Origin: Alphaproteobacteria bacterium
GTDB taxonomy: Bacteria > Pseudomonadota > Alphaproteobacteria > RF32 > CAG-239
Length of the DNA stretch: 46,303 nt
Direction: 5' to 3'
NCBI GenBank assembly: GCA_017621635.1
Contig: JAGASU010000039.1
Span: forward strand, 1-46,303
Below are positions 24,958 to 33,144 of the stretch, piece by piece (the stretch's first letter is position 1; each line of letters begins with the position of its first letter). The position numbers and the translations under genes were made by a program. Under the pieces are notes generated by a model. That model was not told the DNA's origin and did no database searches. It was given only the letters and a program-made list of their open reading frames with translations.

Positions 24958-25106
24958 AAAGGAGGTAAAAAACTTTGAAATAGCGTGAGTTTTTTAAGTT
25001 ATGCTCAGTGAAATATTTGATTTTGACTTTTAGAATACAGACTTTAATATTTTCGTGTGAGCGGGTAGCCGCTTTGATGGAACGAAATTTTTGAAAGGAC
25101 TTTATT

Positions 25107-25256
25107 ATGAAAAAGTTAGCTGTTGTCGTTGTTTTGTTAGCTTTGTCTGCATGCACAGGCGCTCGTGGCCATATCGGCAATCAAAAAGTTTGCACAAATG
25201 ATTATTTGCTTGGTGTTTTGTCTTTGAGTGAAATTGTTGCTCCTTGCGGCAAATAA
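25107..25256 (+). CDS. 49-aa lipoprotein (below the ORF-track length cutoff)
   Basis: MKKLAVVVVLLALSACTGARGHIGNQKVCTNDYLLGVLSLSEIVAPCGK has the lipobox LSAC. It has a promoter-like TTGACT, 16-nt spacer, TAATAT (25023-25050) upstream and a terminator downstream. Confidence 0.5.
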   Translation: MKKLAVVVVLLALSACTGARGHIGNQKVCTNDYLLGVLSLSEIVAPCGK

Positions 25257-25279
25257 GCTTTTTTGGTGTTAAAGTTTTT

Positions 25280-25313
25280 AAGTTCTTCTTTGTCAAAAGG
25301 AGAACTTTTTTTT
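25280..25313 (+). terminator. Rho-independent terminator after the small lipoprotein gene
   Basis: Stem AAGTTCTTC / GGAGAACTT (one G-U pair), then a T8 run. Confidence 0.5.
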
Positions 25314-25372
25314 GACTTTTAGTGAGAGAATGTATAGACTCGGTTTATTAATAAGTTTTGAATGAGAGAATT

Positions 25373-25711
25373 ATGGAAGAAAAGACAAGTATTTCTTTTG
25401 CGCCGATTTTGATTATGGAGTTTATCCGCCAAGTGACGGTTGCCCGTGCGTTGGCGGCTGAAACGGCCGAGCTGACGGTTAGATTTAAGATAGCAAAAAA
25501 ATATTATGATGAAATAATGGCTTATCCGTTGAAAGCGCAATTAATCAGGTTGTATCTTTCTTATGATGAGGGGACGGAGGTTTTGAGCGTTAAAACAGAC
25601 GAGGTGTTGCTCGGGCGGTTTCGCGAGCAAAAGTCTTTAATGGAAATTGCCGGAAAATATGAAGGGCAATATGCGGAAAGGTATAAAGATTTTATCAGTG
25701 TTTCGGAGTAG
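25373..25711 (+). CDS. Hypothetical protein (112 aa)
   Basis: Trimmed to the ATG at 25373 (GAGAGA SD). The promoter-like element TTGACT, 17-nt spacer, TAGACT lies at 25312-25340. The gene ends 7 nt before the next gene. No recognisable motif. Confidence 0.5.
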   Translation: MEEKTSISFAPILIMEFIRQVTVARALAAETAELTVRFKIAKKYYDEIMAYPLKAQLIRLYLSYDEGTEVLSVKTDEVLLGRFREQKSLMEIAGKYEGQYAERYKDFISVSE

Positions 25712-25718
25712 TCTTAAG

Positions 25719-26570
25719 ATGATTGAAAAATATACGTTTGAGGGTGAAAAAAAAGGGGTAAAACTGCTTGTTTTTGCTGCTATTCATGGTAATGAAACGG
25801 CGGGGACAAATGCAATCAGGAGGTTATTAAAAGAATTTGAGGCGGGAAAAATCAAACTTTGTTCCGGCTGTTTAACCTTGGTGCCGGTTTGTAATGCGCA
25901 GGCGTATGCAAAAGATGTGCGCCAGATTGATGAGAATCTTAATCGGGTTATTAAAATTTTTGAAGAACCGAAGACATATGAACAAGGGCTTGCTAATGAA
26001 TTATGTCCGTTGATTAAGAAGCATGATGTACTGCTTGATTTACACTCAACACATTGTGAGGGCGATGTGCCGTTTGCTTTTTGCGATTATCCGGATGAAA
26101 ATAACCAAAAACTGATTGCCGGACTTGATGTTGGGTATGTTTTGGAGGGGTGGCCGCAAATTTATGCCGGAAATTGTGAAATCGAGGATTTTTCAACCGA
26201 ACGGGCGGCGCATGATTTCGGCAAAACGGCAACTACGCTCGAATGCGGGTATCATAAAAGCGTTGAGGCAATTGAGATTGCTTACAATGCGATTATAAAT
26301 ATGTTGGCCGGTTTTGAAATGATTGAGAAAGAAAAGCCGGCGGAGCGGCCTAAAACACATATCTTAATGCAGGGATATGTGGTTAAAAAGAAAGAAGGGA
26401 AGCTTTGTAAAAATTACAAACACTTAGATAAAATCAAAGCAGGTGAGACAATTGCTCGGTATGATAACGGCGAGGTTTTAACGGCGCCAAATGACGGGTT
26501 TATTTTATTACCGAATTTGAGGGCGGAAATCGGCGCCGAGTGGTATTACTTCGGGATAGAAAAATCATAA
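25719..26570 (+). CDS. Succinylglutamate desuccinylase/aspartoacylase-family zinc hydrolase (M14-like)
   Basis: Trimmed to the ATG at 25719. Contains LLVFAAIHGNETAG (HxxE zinc site), DLHS and a TLECG block. Confidence 0.8.
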   Translation: MIEKYTFEGEKKGVKLLVFAAIHGNETAGTNAIRRLLKEFEAGKIKLCSGCLTLVPVCNAQAYAKDVRQIDENLNRVIKIFEEPKTYEQGLANELCPLIKKHDVLLDLHSTHCEGDVPFAFCDYPDENNQKLIAGLDVGYVLEGWPQIYAGNCEIEDFSTERAAHDFGKTATTLECGYHKSVEAIEIAYNAIINMLAGFEMIEKEKPAERPKTHILMQGYVVKKKEGKLCKNYKHLDKIKAGETIARYDNGEVLTAPNDGFILLPNLRAEIGAEWYYFGIEKS

Positions 26571-27344
26571 AAAGGCGGTTTTTGCCTTTTTTTGCTGTAT
26601 CATCAGGTTGAAATTAGCGATTTTGGTTTTTTCTTCGCCTTTTTGTTGCCAGATGAGGCTTTGTGTTTCTTTGTTTAAGCTGATACCTTGATAGCCTTGG
26701 GCAATTAAGTATTGCATTTTCATAAACAATGACGGGATTTTTTTATGAATATTCTCGCCTAAATACATACTGTATGTCCGGTTATTGTCTTGCGTTAACG
26801 GGGCTTGAGTTTTGTTTTTTTCAATCTTTTTTTCAAGATAGATAACTTTGGCGCCGTCTGAGGGATCTAAGTCAACCTTGGTGATTGACATCCCATAATG
26901 CAAAGCGTTAATCCAACTGGCGGGATTGTCTACGGCAATTTGAATGATGGAGTGTGTTCTGCCGGAGTCAATGGCGTTTTGTTCAATGTATTCAAGCATT
27001 CTTTTCATCAGGCTTGAGCCTCTGTATGCCGGATCAACCAAGATTGCTTCAAAGATGACTAAATTTTCATTCGGGGTGTCGGATTTAAATTCCGGCATAT
27101 CTCTCGGTTCGTTGTTTTGCGGGGTGCCGTAGACGGTTTGAGCAATCAGTTCGCCGTTGTCAAATACACCTAACATATTTGAACTTGTGCCGTTTAAAGA
27201 TTTCATATAATCGGCTTCGGTTCTGTGTAAAATGAAATGTTGTTCATCGGGATGAAGACCGTTGATGATTTTTTGCTGTAAAGACATAACGTCTTTTAAG
27301 TTTGTGCTGTCTAATTTTTTAACGATTAAATGTTTTTTGTTCAT
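26565..27344 (-). CDS. GNAT-family N-acetyltransferase
   Basis: Trimmed to the ATG at 27344 (AAGGAA SD). The acetyl-CoA motif A-like segment is FEAILVDPAYRGSSLMKRMLEYIE. An extra C-terminal region of about 90 aa is present. Confidence 0.75.
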   Translation of the reverse strand: MNKKHLIVKKLDSTNLKDVMSLQQKIINGLHPDEQHFILHRTEADYMKSLNGTSSNMLGVFDNGELIAQTVYGTPQNNEPRDMPEFKSDTPNENLVIFEAILVDPAYRGSSLMKRMLEYIEQNAIDSGRTHSIIQIAVDNPASWINALHYGMSITKVDLDPSDGAKVIYLEKKIEKNKTQAPLTQDNNRTYSMYLGENIHKKIPSLFMKMQYLIAQGYQGISLNKETQSLIWQQKGEEKTKIANFNLMIQQKKAKTAFL

Positions 27345-27371
27345 TTTGCTCTGTTCCTTGAGGGAGATTAT

Positions 27372-27500
27372 AAAAAAAGATTTGAGTTTACTCAAACCTT
27401 GCGACTGCTTATCCGGGGGGATCAGATAATCATCGTCGCATTGTCAGCCTGCGGCAACGCAGAGCAAAATGTTTTATTTGTAAAGACATTATTTCACTCA
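27372..27500 (-). ncRNA. Candidate structured leader or small RNA with a C-rich loop (speculative)
   Basis: Three minus-strand hairpins: CUGCG-UUGC-CGCAG; UGCGAC...UUAUC-UGAUCCCCCCG-GAUAA...GUCGCA; and UUUGAG-UAAA-CUCAAA followed by UCUUUUUUU. No convincing promoter was found, and the strand assignment is uncertain. Confidence 0.25.
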
Positions 27501-27563
27501 GTTGTTAAAACTTGACAATATAAATACCACCAAATGAGTTTTTTGTCAATATGTTTTTTATTT

Positions 27564-27628
27564 AAAATAAAAAAGCTCTCTTTCGTGAACTGTTTCTCCA
27601 AATTAGGATGCTTCACTAAAAGAGAGCT
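27564..27628 (-). terminator. Terminator of the Cys-rich membrane protein gene
   Basis: A long interrupted hairpin pairs AGCTCTCTTT-c-GTGAA (27574-27589) with TTCAC-ta-AAAGAGAGCT (27612-27628). It is followed on the minus strand by UUUUUAUUUU. Confidence 0.55.
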
Positions 27629-27642
27629 TTGTTAATGTAAAA

Positions 27643-28050
27643 TTAGTCTGCTTGGTCTACTTCTATAATAAATCCGCCCAATTGCCCGTTGGGAAAGGGT
27701 TGTGGTTGGGGTTGGTAATTACGCGGGTCTTGCGTGGGAGCAGCAGGAACGGGGGCAACCTGTTGCATACCGCGATGAAATTTTTTAGAGGGAATTTGCG
27801 GATTTTGTTTTGCAAACTGCGGATTATTAAAATTATATCCGTAATGTTTATTGTAATAATTGTCAGCATAACGGCAGCGTCCGCAATTGCCAACCATAAT
27901 GCCGGCCATAAATACTAAAATCAGCAAAACGAGCAGCATAAAAATTTTTTTGCAATGACAGCATTCACAATCATAACCGCGGAGATTGTTATAGTCGTTC
28001 TCTGTTTGGTTATCGGTTTCGGGGGTCCGATTGTTTCTGTATTCAACCAT
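27643..28050 (-). CDS. Cys-rich single-pass membrane protein with a Q/P/N-rich C-terminal tail
   Basis: Trimmed to the ATG at 28050 (GGAGA SD). CECCHCKK, then the TM segment IFMLLVLLILVFMAGIMVG, then NCGRCRY, followed by a low-complexity Q/P/N/Y-rich tail. Confidence 0.5.
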   Translation of the reverse strand: MVEYRNNRTPETDNQTENDYNNLRGYDCECCHCKKIFMLLVLLILVFMAGIMVGNCGRCRYADNYYNKHYGYNFNNPQFAKQNPQIPSKKFHRGMQQVAPVPAAPTQDPRNYQPQPQPFPNGQLGGFIIEVDQAD

Positions 28051-28153
28051 TTTTTTTCTCCAAAATATTAACATTGAAAAATACTCCTCTTAATAAAGGT
28101 GCTTTTGATATAATCCTTAACGAGGGGTTTTCCAGTGTGAAGTAAAATTTTGT

Positions 28154-28181
28154 TTGAAAATTTAAATTTAGGTTTTAGAAT
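28154..28181 (+). promoter_or_regulatory. Sigma70-like promoter for the M50B-like gene
   Basis: TTGAAA (28154-28159), a 16-nt spacer, then TAGAAT (28176-28181). Confidence 0.4.
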
Positions 28182-28199
28182 TCTGTTCAAGAGGGAAAA

Positions 28200-28859
28200 A
28201 TGGGGCGTATTTTTGATTTAATTTTAGGGGCGCTTAAGTGGCCGGTTGCGTTGTGTTCGCTGTTTTATCTGCCGGCGATGGTGCAGGCTTTGCATTATTT
28301 TCAATTTAATAATATGAAATTTTTTGCTTTTTTGGGTGGCGGACTGGCCTATTTGGCAATTAAGATTTTGGCTTTCGCGCGGTCTAATGTTTCTATGCAG
28401 ATTTTGGCACACGAGTTTACGCATATCTTTTTTGCGTGGCTTACCTTTCATAAGGTGGTACATATTCACCTAAACCCTGATGAATCCGGCGGGGCGATGA
28501 GGTTTAAGGGAAAGGGGAACTGGCTGATTGTTATCGGACCATATTTTTTTCCGTTATTTTTGTTTTTTTTAATGCTGCTTTCGACATTCTTTGCCGATAA
28601 AATTCCTCATAGCTTATGGGTTAACGGAATGTTTGGCTATTTTTTTGCGTATCATTTAGAATCAGTGTTTGTACAGATTCACGGGCAACAGCCGGATTTT
28701 AAGGAAGTCGGTTTTCTTTTTTGCTGGATGTTTTTGCCAGGGGCGAATTTGTTTGTTTGCTCGGCGGTGGCGGCGTTTAATAACGGCGGTTGGGAGGGTG
28801 TTATGAAATATAGTGTTATTGTTTATAAATTAGGGCTCAGCTATTTTACCAACTTATAG
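28200..28859 (+). CDS. Polytopic membrane metalloprotease-like protein (Peptidase_M50B-like, HExxH)
   Basis: HEFTH lies within a TM segment (ILAHEFTHIFFAWLTFHKVVHIHLNPDESGGAM), which resembles the M50B pattern HElGHalaa...G..v..i.l..dgsG. About six hydrophobic segments are present. Confidence 0.6.
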   Translation: MGRIFDLILGALKWPVALCSLFYLPAMVQALHYFQFNNMKFFAFLGGGLAYLAIKILAFARSNVSMQILAHEFTHIFFAWLTFHKVVHIHLNPDESGGAMRFKGKGNWLIVIGPYFFPLFLFFLMLLSTFFADKIPHSLWVNGMFGYFFAYHLESVFVQIHGQQPDFKEVGFLFCWMFLPGANLFVCSAVAAFNNGGWEGVMKYSVIVYKLGLSYFTNL

Positions 28860-29733
28860 TGCAAGTTTCAGGGGTTGCCGATATTTTAGCCGTAAGGCCT
28901 ATTGGCAGAATATGACGAGCGGGAATATGTCCGTAGGCAAAATCGGTGATAATGGGGATGTTTAAGTTTTTGGTGAAATCTTTAATGCAGTCATTGATTG
29001 TGCCATCTTCGGGATCAACTACCGGACAGTCGGTGAATTGCCCGATGATGATACCTTTTAGGGCATTAAAGCCTTTTTGTTGTTTTAACTGGTTAAGCAT
29101 TAAGTCTATTTTGTAGGTTTTTTCTTCAATATCTTCAAGCAGGAGAATTTTGCCGGATAAATCCGGAAAATACGGTGTGCCGCATAAATAGAGCAAGACG
29201 CTGAGACAGCCGCCGATGATTACGCCTTCGGCGGTTCCTTCGTGAAGACTTGTTCCTGAAGTTATTAAATGATTGTTTTCAAACAGGGCGGAAAGCAAGG
29301 AAGCTTCGGTTTGCGGGGCAATTGTTTTATCGTTTAGGTCATAAAGGGGTAAAAAACCGGTTAAAGAAGGATTTTTTGTTTTGGCGTACAGCGCATTTTG
29401 CAGGGCTGTTGAGTCGCTTAGCCCGACGACGGGTTTTAAGTTGTTTCGGATGATTTCATAATCCAAATAATCGAGCATACGGGTAGCGCCGGCTCCTCCG
29501 CGCAGGCAGAAAAGAGCTTTTATTGAGGAGTCTTCAAACATTTTATTTATATTCAGGGCGCGCTCCTTATCTGTTCCTGCCATATAGCGATAGCTGCTGT
29601 TAAGGTTTGAGGCTAATATGGGGGTTAGATTCAGTTTTTTAAAAAAGGCGAGTGTTGGGGCTAAGTCTTTTTCTTTTAATCCGACAGAGGGGGCAATTAT
29701 GCCTATTTTATCGCCTGCTTTTAAAAAACTCAT
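28846..29733 (-). CDS. ldcA: LD-carboxypeptidase (peptidase S66)
   Basis: Contains GIIAPS, RGGAGATRML, GLSDSTAL (nucleophile Ser), LLEDIEEKTYKIDLMLNQL and YGHI. The start overlaps the upstream Mur ligase stop (ATGA). Confidence 0.85.
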   Translation of the reverse strand: MSFLKAGDKIGIIAPSVGLKEKDLAPTLAFFKKLNLTPILASNLNSSYRYMAGTDKERALNINKMFEDSSIKALFCLRGGAGATRMLDYLDYEIIRNNLKPVVGLSDSTALQNALYAKTKNPSLTGFLPLYDLNDKTIAPQTEASLLSALFENNHLITSGTSLHEGTAEGVIIGGCLSVLLYLCGTPYFPDLSGKILLLEDIEEKTYKIDLMLNQLKQQKGFNALKGIIIGQFTDCPVVDPEDGTINDCIKDFTKNLNIPIITDFAYGHIPARHILPIGLTAKISATPETCTISW

Positions 29734-31097
29734 TTTAGTTTCTCCAAAATTTCGAAGCCCATATCGGTAATGGAATTATCGCGTGCGCCCATTAAGACAA
29801 TGCGGTCGCCTGCGCGGGCAATATCTAAAAGATGTTGTTTTAGGGTATCTCTTGTTTCAAAGAAGAGAGCGTTTGCATTGTGACGTCTGGCGTAGTTAAC
29901 AAGATCTTTAGATGAAATATCCCGTTTGACGGTGCCGCCGGCAAAATAGATTTCCGGAATTAAAAGAATGTCGTCGGGTGACATATGTTGGATAAAAGAA
30001 TCCATAATTTCTTTTCCCATTAAACGCATTGGCGAAAAGCCGTGCGGTTGGAACATAATCAGCAAGCGTCCGGAATAGCTTTTTAAGGCGGACATTGAGG
30101 CGTTTACTTTATCCGGATTGTGGGCAAAATCGTCTATTACCGTGATATTGTCGGCAACACCTAAGACTTCAAGCCGGCGTTTTGTGCCGAGAAAGGTTTG
30201 CAGAATCTCACAAGATACTTTGGCGTCAATTCCCAAAAGCGAGCAACAAGCAATAGCGCACATTGCGTTTAAGACATTGAATTTTCCGATTAAATTTAAT
30301 GAATAAGTTTGGTTGCGGAAGGTATAAGTTGTGCCATTTGGGACAGCAGTGATGTTTTCGGCGTAAAAGTCGGCGGAGTTATCCTTGATACTAAAAGTTA
30401 TCGTGTTGGGGGAAAGGGCTGATAAATCAGCGCTGTTTTCGCAGTCTTTGTTAATAACGGCGCCGTGTTTTGCCCTTTTGATAAAATCACCGAACAGGTC
30501 TTTCAGCTCATCAATTGATTTGTGGTCAAGTGTGATGTTGTTTACAACGGATATGTAGGGGGTGTATTTTTCAATTGAACCGTCGCTTTCGTCTGCTTCA
30601 ATCACGCAATATTCACCATTGCCCCAAATGATGTTGGGGATACCGGCATTGTTTTCATAGTTTTTCAAAAGCGCGCCGTTGATAACTAAAGGGTTCATCG
30701 CTGCTTTATCCAAAATATAGCCAATCATTGCGGTAACGGTTGATTTGCCGCTGGTACCGCCGACGGCAATGTTGTATTTATATGAAGCAAAAATTTCAGC
30801 TAACAAATCCGAACGGCGTTTTACTGGAATGCCGAGTTCTTTGGCGCGTTTGATGTCCGGGATAGTGTCTTCGACGGCGGTTGAAGCGTAAAGAACTGAA
30901 AAGTCTTTATCTAACATAGAGCCGTCTTGCGGAAAGATTTTAATACCGATATTTTCAAGAGCTTGTTTGTTTTTTTGTTCTTTGCCCTGATCAAAGCTAC
31001 GGTCTGAGCCGTAGATGTCATTGTTTTGATGTTTTAAGACCTGCGCCAGCGCACTCATGCCACTGCCGGCTATGGCACAAAAACCTATTTTTTTCAT
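29730..31097 (-). CDS. Mur ligase family protein (MurC/Mpl-like; the context favours a murein-peptide ligase)
   Basis: P-loop GGTSGKSTV, EADESDGS, DHKS, NAMCAIA, GTKRRLE and DFAHNP motifs. It is translationally coupled to ldcA. Confidence 0.85.
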   Translation of the reverse strand: MKKIGFCAIAGSGMSALAQVLKHQNNDIYGSDRSFDQGKEQKNKQALENIGIKIFPQDGSMLDKDFSVLYASTAVEDTIPDIKRAKELGIPVKRRSDLLAEIFASYKYNIAVGGTSGKSTVTAMIGYILDKAAMNPLVINGALLKNYENNAGIPNIIWGNGEYCVIEADESDGSIEKYTPYISVVNNITLDHKSIDELKDLFGDFIKRAKHGAVINKDCENSADLSALSPNTITFSIKDNSADFYAENITAVPNGTTYTFRNQTYSLNLIGKFNVLNAMCAIACCSLLGIDAKVSCEILQTFLGTKRRLEVLGVADNITVIDDFAHNPDKVNASMSALKSYSGRLLIMFQPHGFSPMRLMGKEIMDSFIQHMSPDDILLIPEIYFAGGTVKRDISSKDLVNYARRHNANALFFETRDTLKQHLLDIARAGDRIVLMGARDNSITDMGFEILEKLK

Positions 31098-31155
31098 ATC
31101 AGCTCCTTATTTGTATTCGTTTTTTTCTTTTTAACGGAAAATAGTTAAAAAATAC

Positions 31156-31170
31156 TTGAACAGTGTTCAA
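31156..31170. promoter_or_regulatory. Perfect palindrome, candidate TetR operator between divergent units
   Basis: TTGAACA-g-TGTTCAA lies in the 118-bp region between the Mur-ligase/ldcA operon and the TetR gene. Confidence 0.45.
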
Positions 31171-31215
31171 AAGTTTTCTAAATTTAAGGAAAATAATATA
31201 AAAAGAGTGTTGCAG

Positions 31216-31812
31216 ATGAGCGCAAAAGCAAAAGAAGACATCAGAAACGACCTTATCGCTAAAGCAAGGGAGATTTTAGTTGACAAGGGACTGGATTTTT
31301 TAACGGCGAGAAAACTGTCGGATTATTCGGGATATTCGGTCGGGACGATTTATAACCAGTTTAAGAGTCTGGATTTGTTGTTTATACAAGAGAATATCAT
31401 TACTTTAGATGAGCTTTGGCAGGCGCTTAAAAGTGCGGAACTCGGGTCAGATGCTTATAAAAATTTGAACAGCCTTTTAAATAAGTTTGTTGATTATGTG
31501 CTTGAGCATAAAAATGTGTGGTTTGCGCTGTATCATTTTCATTTTATCAAGGGGCTGGGTAAGAACGATTTGGTTTATTTGAAAAAGATTATCAAGATTG
31601 TCAAATTATTAGAAAATAATCTGCGTAAGTTGTTTGTTCGGGTACCGGCGAAAGAGCGTTTGGTTTCGGGAGAGGTTTTGTTTGCCACCCTTTTTGCGCT
31701 CAGTTCGTTTTTGACAACAGAAAAAGAGTTTGCCCATTTAGAAAAGAAATATGTGGTCAGAGTGTTGTTTAACACCTATCTGGCCGGAATGTCTTGTCTG
31801 GCAAAAAAATGA
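31216..31812 (+). CDS. TetR-family transcriptional regulator
   Basis: Trimmed to the ATG at 31216. The HTH is LTARKLSDYSGYSVGTIYNQFKS. Confidence 0.8.
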   Translation: MSAKAKEDIRNDLIAKAREILVDKGLDFLTARKLSDYSGYSVGTIYNQFKSLDLLFIQENIITLDELWQALKSAELGSDAYKNLNSLLNKFVDYVLEHKNVWFALYHFHFIKGLGKNDLVYLKKIIKIVKLLENNLRKLFVRVPAKERLVSGEVLFATLFALSSFLTTEKEFAHLEKKYVVRVLFNTYLAGMSCLAKK

Positions 31813-33144
31813 TTATTCCTCAAGATCGGCGACAATTTGTTTAGTGACTTCTTTGGCATCGCCTAAGAGCATCAGGGTATTGTCGGCATAAAATAACGGG
31901 TTGTCTATTCCCGAATAGCCGGTGGCAAGAGAGCGCTTGACGAAGATGACTTTTTTGGCTTGTTCTACTTCTAGGATCGGCATTTGGTAAATCGGGCTGT
32001 CGGTTTTGGTTTTGGCAAGCGGGTTTGTGGTGTCGTTAGCGCCGATGACATAGGCAACGTCTGCGGTCTGAAATTCTTGATTAATGTCTTTTAGTTCAAA
32101 GACATCGTCGGGATTAATATTTGCTTCGGCCAAAAGAACGTTCATATGTCCGGGGAGTCTTCCGGCAACGGGGTGAATAGCGAATTTTACTTCGACATTA
32201 TATTTTGTTTTTAAGATTTTTGCCATATTGGCAAGTTCGTGTTGCGCGCCGGCGGCAGCCATACCAAAGCCGGGGACGATAATAACCTTATTGGCATTTT
32301 CCATCAGAAAAGCGGCGTCTTGGGGAGAGCCTTGCCGAATTGTTTTGTTTTTATCGGGAATATCGTCGGTGATGGCAAGCGGCGGGGAGAAGATGATTTT
32401 CTTTAAACTACGGTTCATCGCTTTGGTCATAATATAGGATAAAATTGTGCCGCTGGTGCCGATGAGCGTGCCGACAATTATGAGCAGAGTGTTGTTTAAG
32501 CTGAAGCCGACTAATACGGTACTCCAACCGGAAAAAGAATTCAGGATTGAGATAATAATCGGCATATCCGCACCGCCGACAGGTAATATAAAGAGTAAGC
32601 CCCACAGGCAGAGCAAAGCAATAAAGCCCCATAAGTATTGGCCGCTGTTATGATAAGCATAAAAGCCGCTGATGATTGTTAATATGAGGATAATTAAACT
32701 GATTGTTTGAAGCGTGTCTTTATCGGCGGGCAAGCGGGCGCCGGCGAGTTTTAAGAAAGCGGCAATCGAGCCGGTGAACGTGATAAAACCGATACTGATG
32801 ATAAACAAAAGAAGCAAGGGGTGATAATCGGCGTTAGATGTTTCCGTTAAGCCGATTAAGCCGGCGGCCAGTCCGCCCAAACCGTTGAGCAGGGCTATCA
32901 TTTGCGGCAGATCAGGCATACTGATTTTATGTGCGGCGATTACGCCGGTTAGCGCGCCGGCGATTAATGCGGCGATGGAAGGAATAAGATATTGCGGGTT
33001 AAGTTCATATAGTCCCCAAATAATCGCAATTGACATTGCAAGCATGGCGTAGATATTGCCCCGATAAGCTTTATATGGGGTTGAAAGGCCGTTGATGGCA
33101 AAAATGAACATAGAATAAATGAGGACAATGAGCGTTTTAATCAT
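31813..33144 (-). CDS. pntB: NAD(P) transhydrogenase subunit beta
   Basis: Trimmed to the ATG at 33144 (MIKTLIV...). Polytopic N-terminal part plus the dIII NADP(H) domain (VIIVPGFGMAAAGAQH...HPVAGRLPGHMNVLLAEA). Confidence 0.9.
   Translation of the reverse strand: MIKTLIVLIYSMFIFAINGLSTPYKAYRGNIYAMLAMSIAIIWGLYELNPQYLIPSIAALIAGALTGVIAAHKISMPDLPQMIALLNGLGGLAAGLIGLTETSNADYHPLLLLFIISIGFITFTGSIAAFLKLAGARLPADKDTLQTISLIILILTIISGFYAYHNSGQYLWGFIALLCLWGLLFILPVGGADMPIIISILNSFSGWSTVLVGFSLNNTLLIIVGTLIGTSGTILSYIMTKAMNRSLKKIIFSPPLAITDDIPDKNKTIRQGSPQDAAFLMENANKVIIVPGFGMAAAGAQHELANMAKILKTKYNVEVKFAIHPVAGRLPGHMNVLLAEANINPDDVFELKDINQEFQTADVAYVIGANDTTNPLAKTKTDSPIYQMPILEVEQAKKVIFVKRSLATGYSGIDNPLFYADNTLMLLGDAKEVTKQIVADLEE

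Noticed and set aside
26571-26593. Hairpin AAAGGC-ggttttt-GCCTTT plus T-run as a terminator of the AstE-like gene
   Set aside because: The stem is only 6 bp and half A-T, and it lies inside the 3' coding end of the convergent GNAT gene. It is plausible but too weak to list as a feature.
27512-27549. Pair of inverted TTGACA hexamers (27512-27517 on plus, 27549-27544 on minus) as a bidirectional promoter
   Set aside because: Neither has a convincing -10 hexamer at 16-18 nt (TGAGTT and TATTTA). It is kept only as a weak possibility within the sRNA/leader finding.
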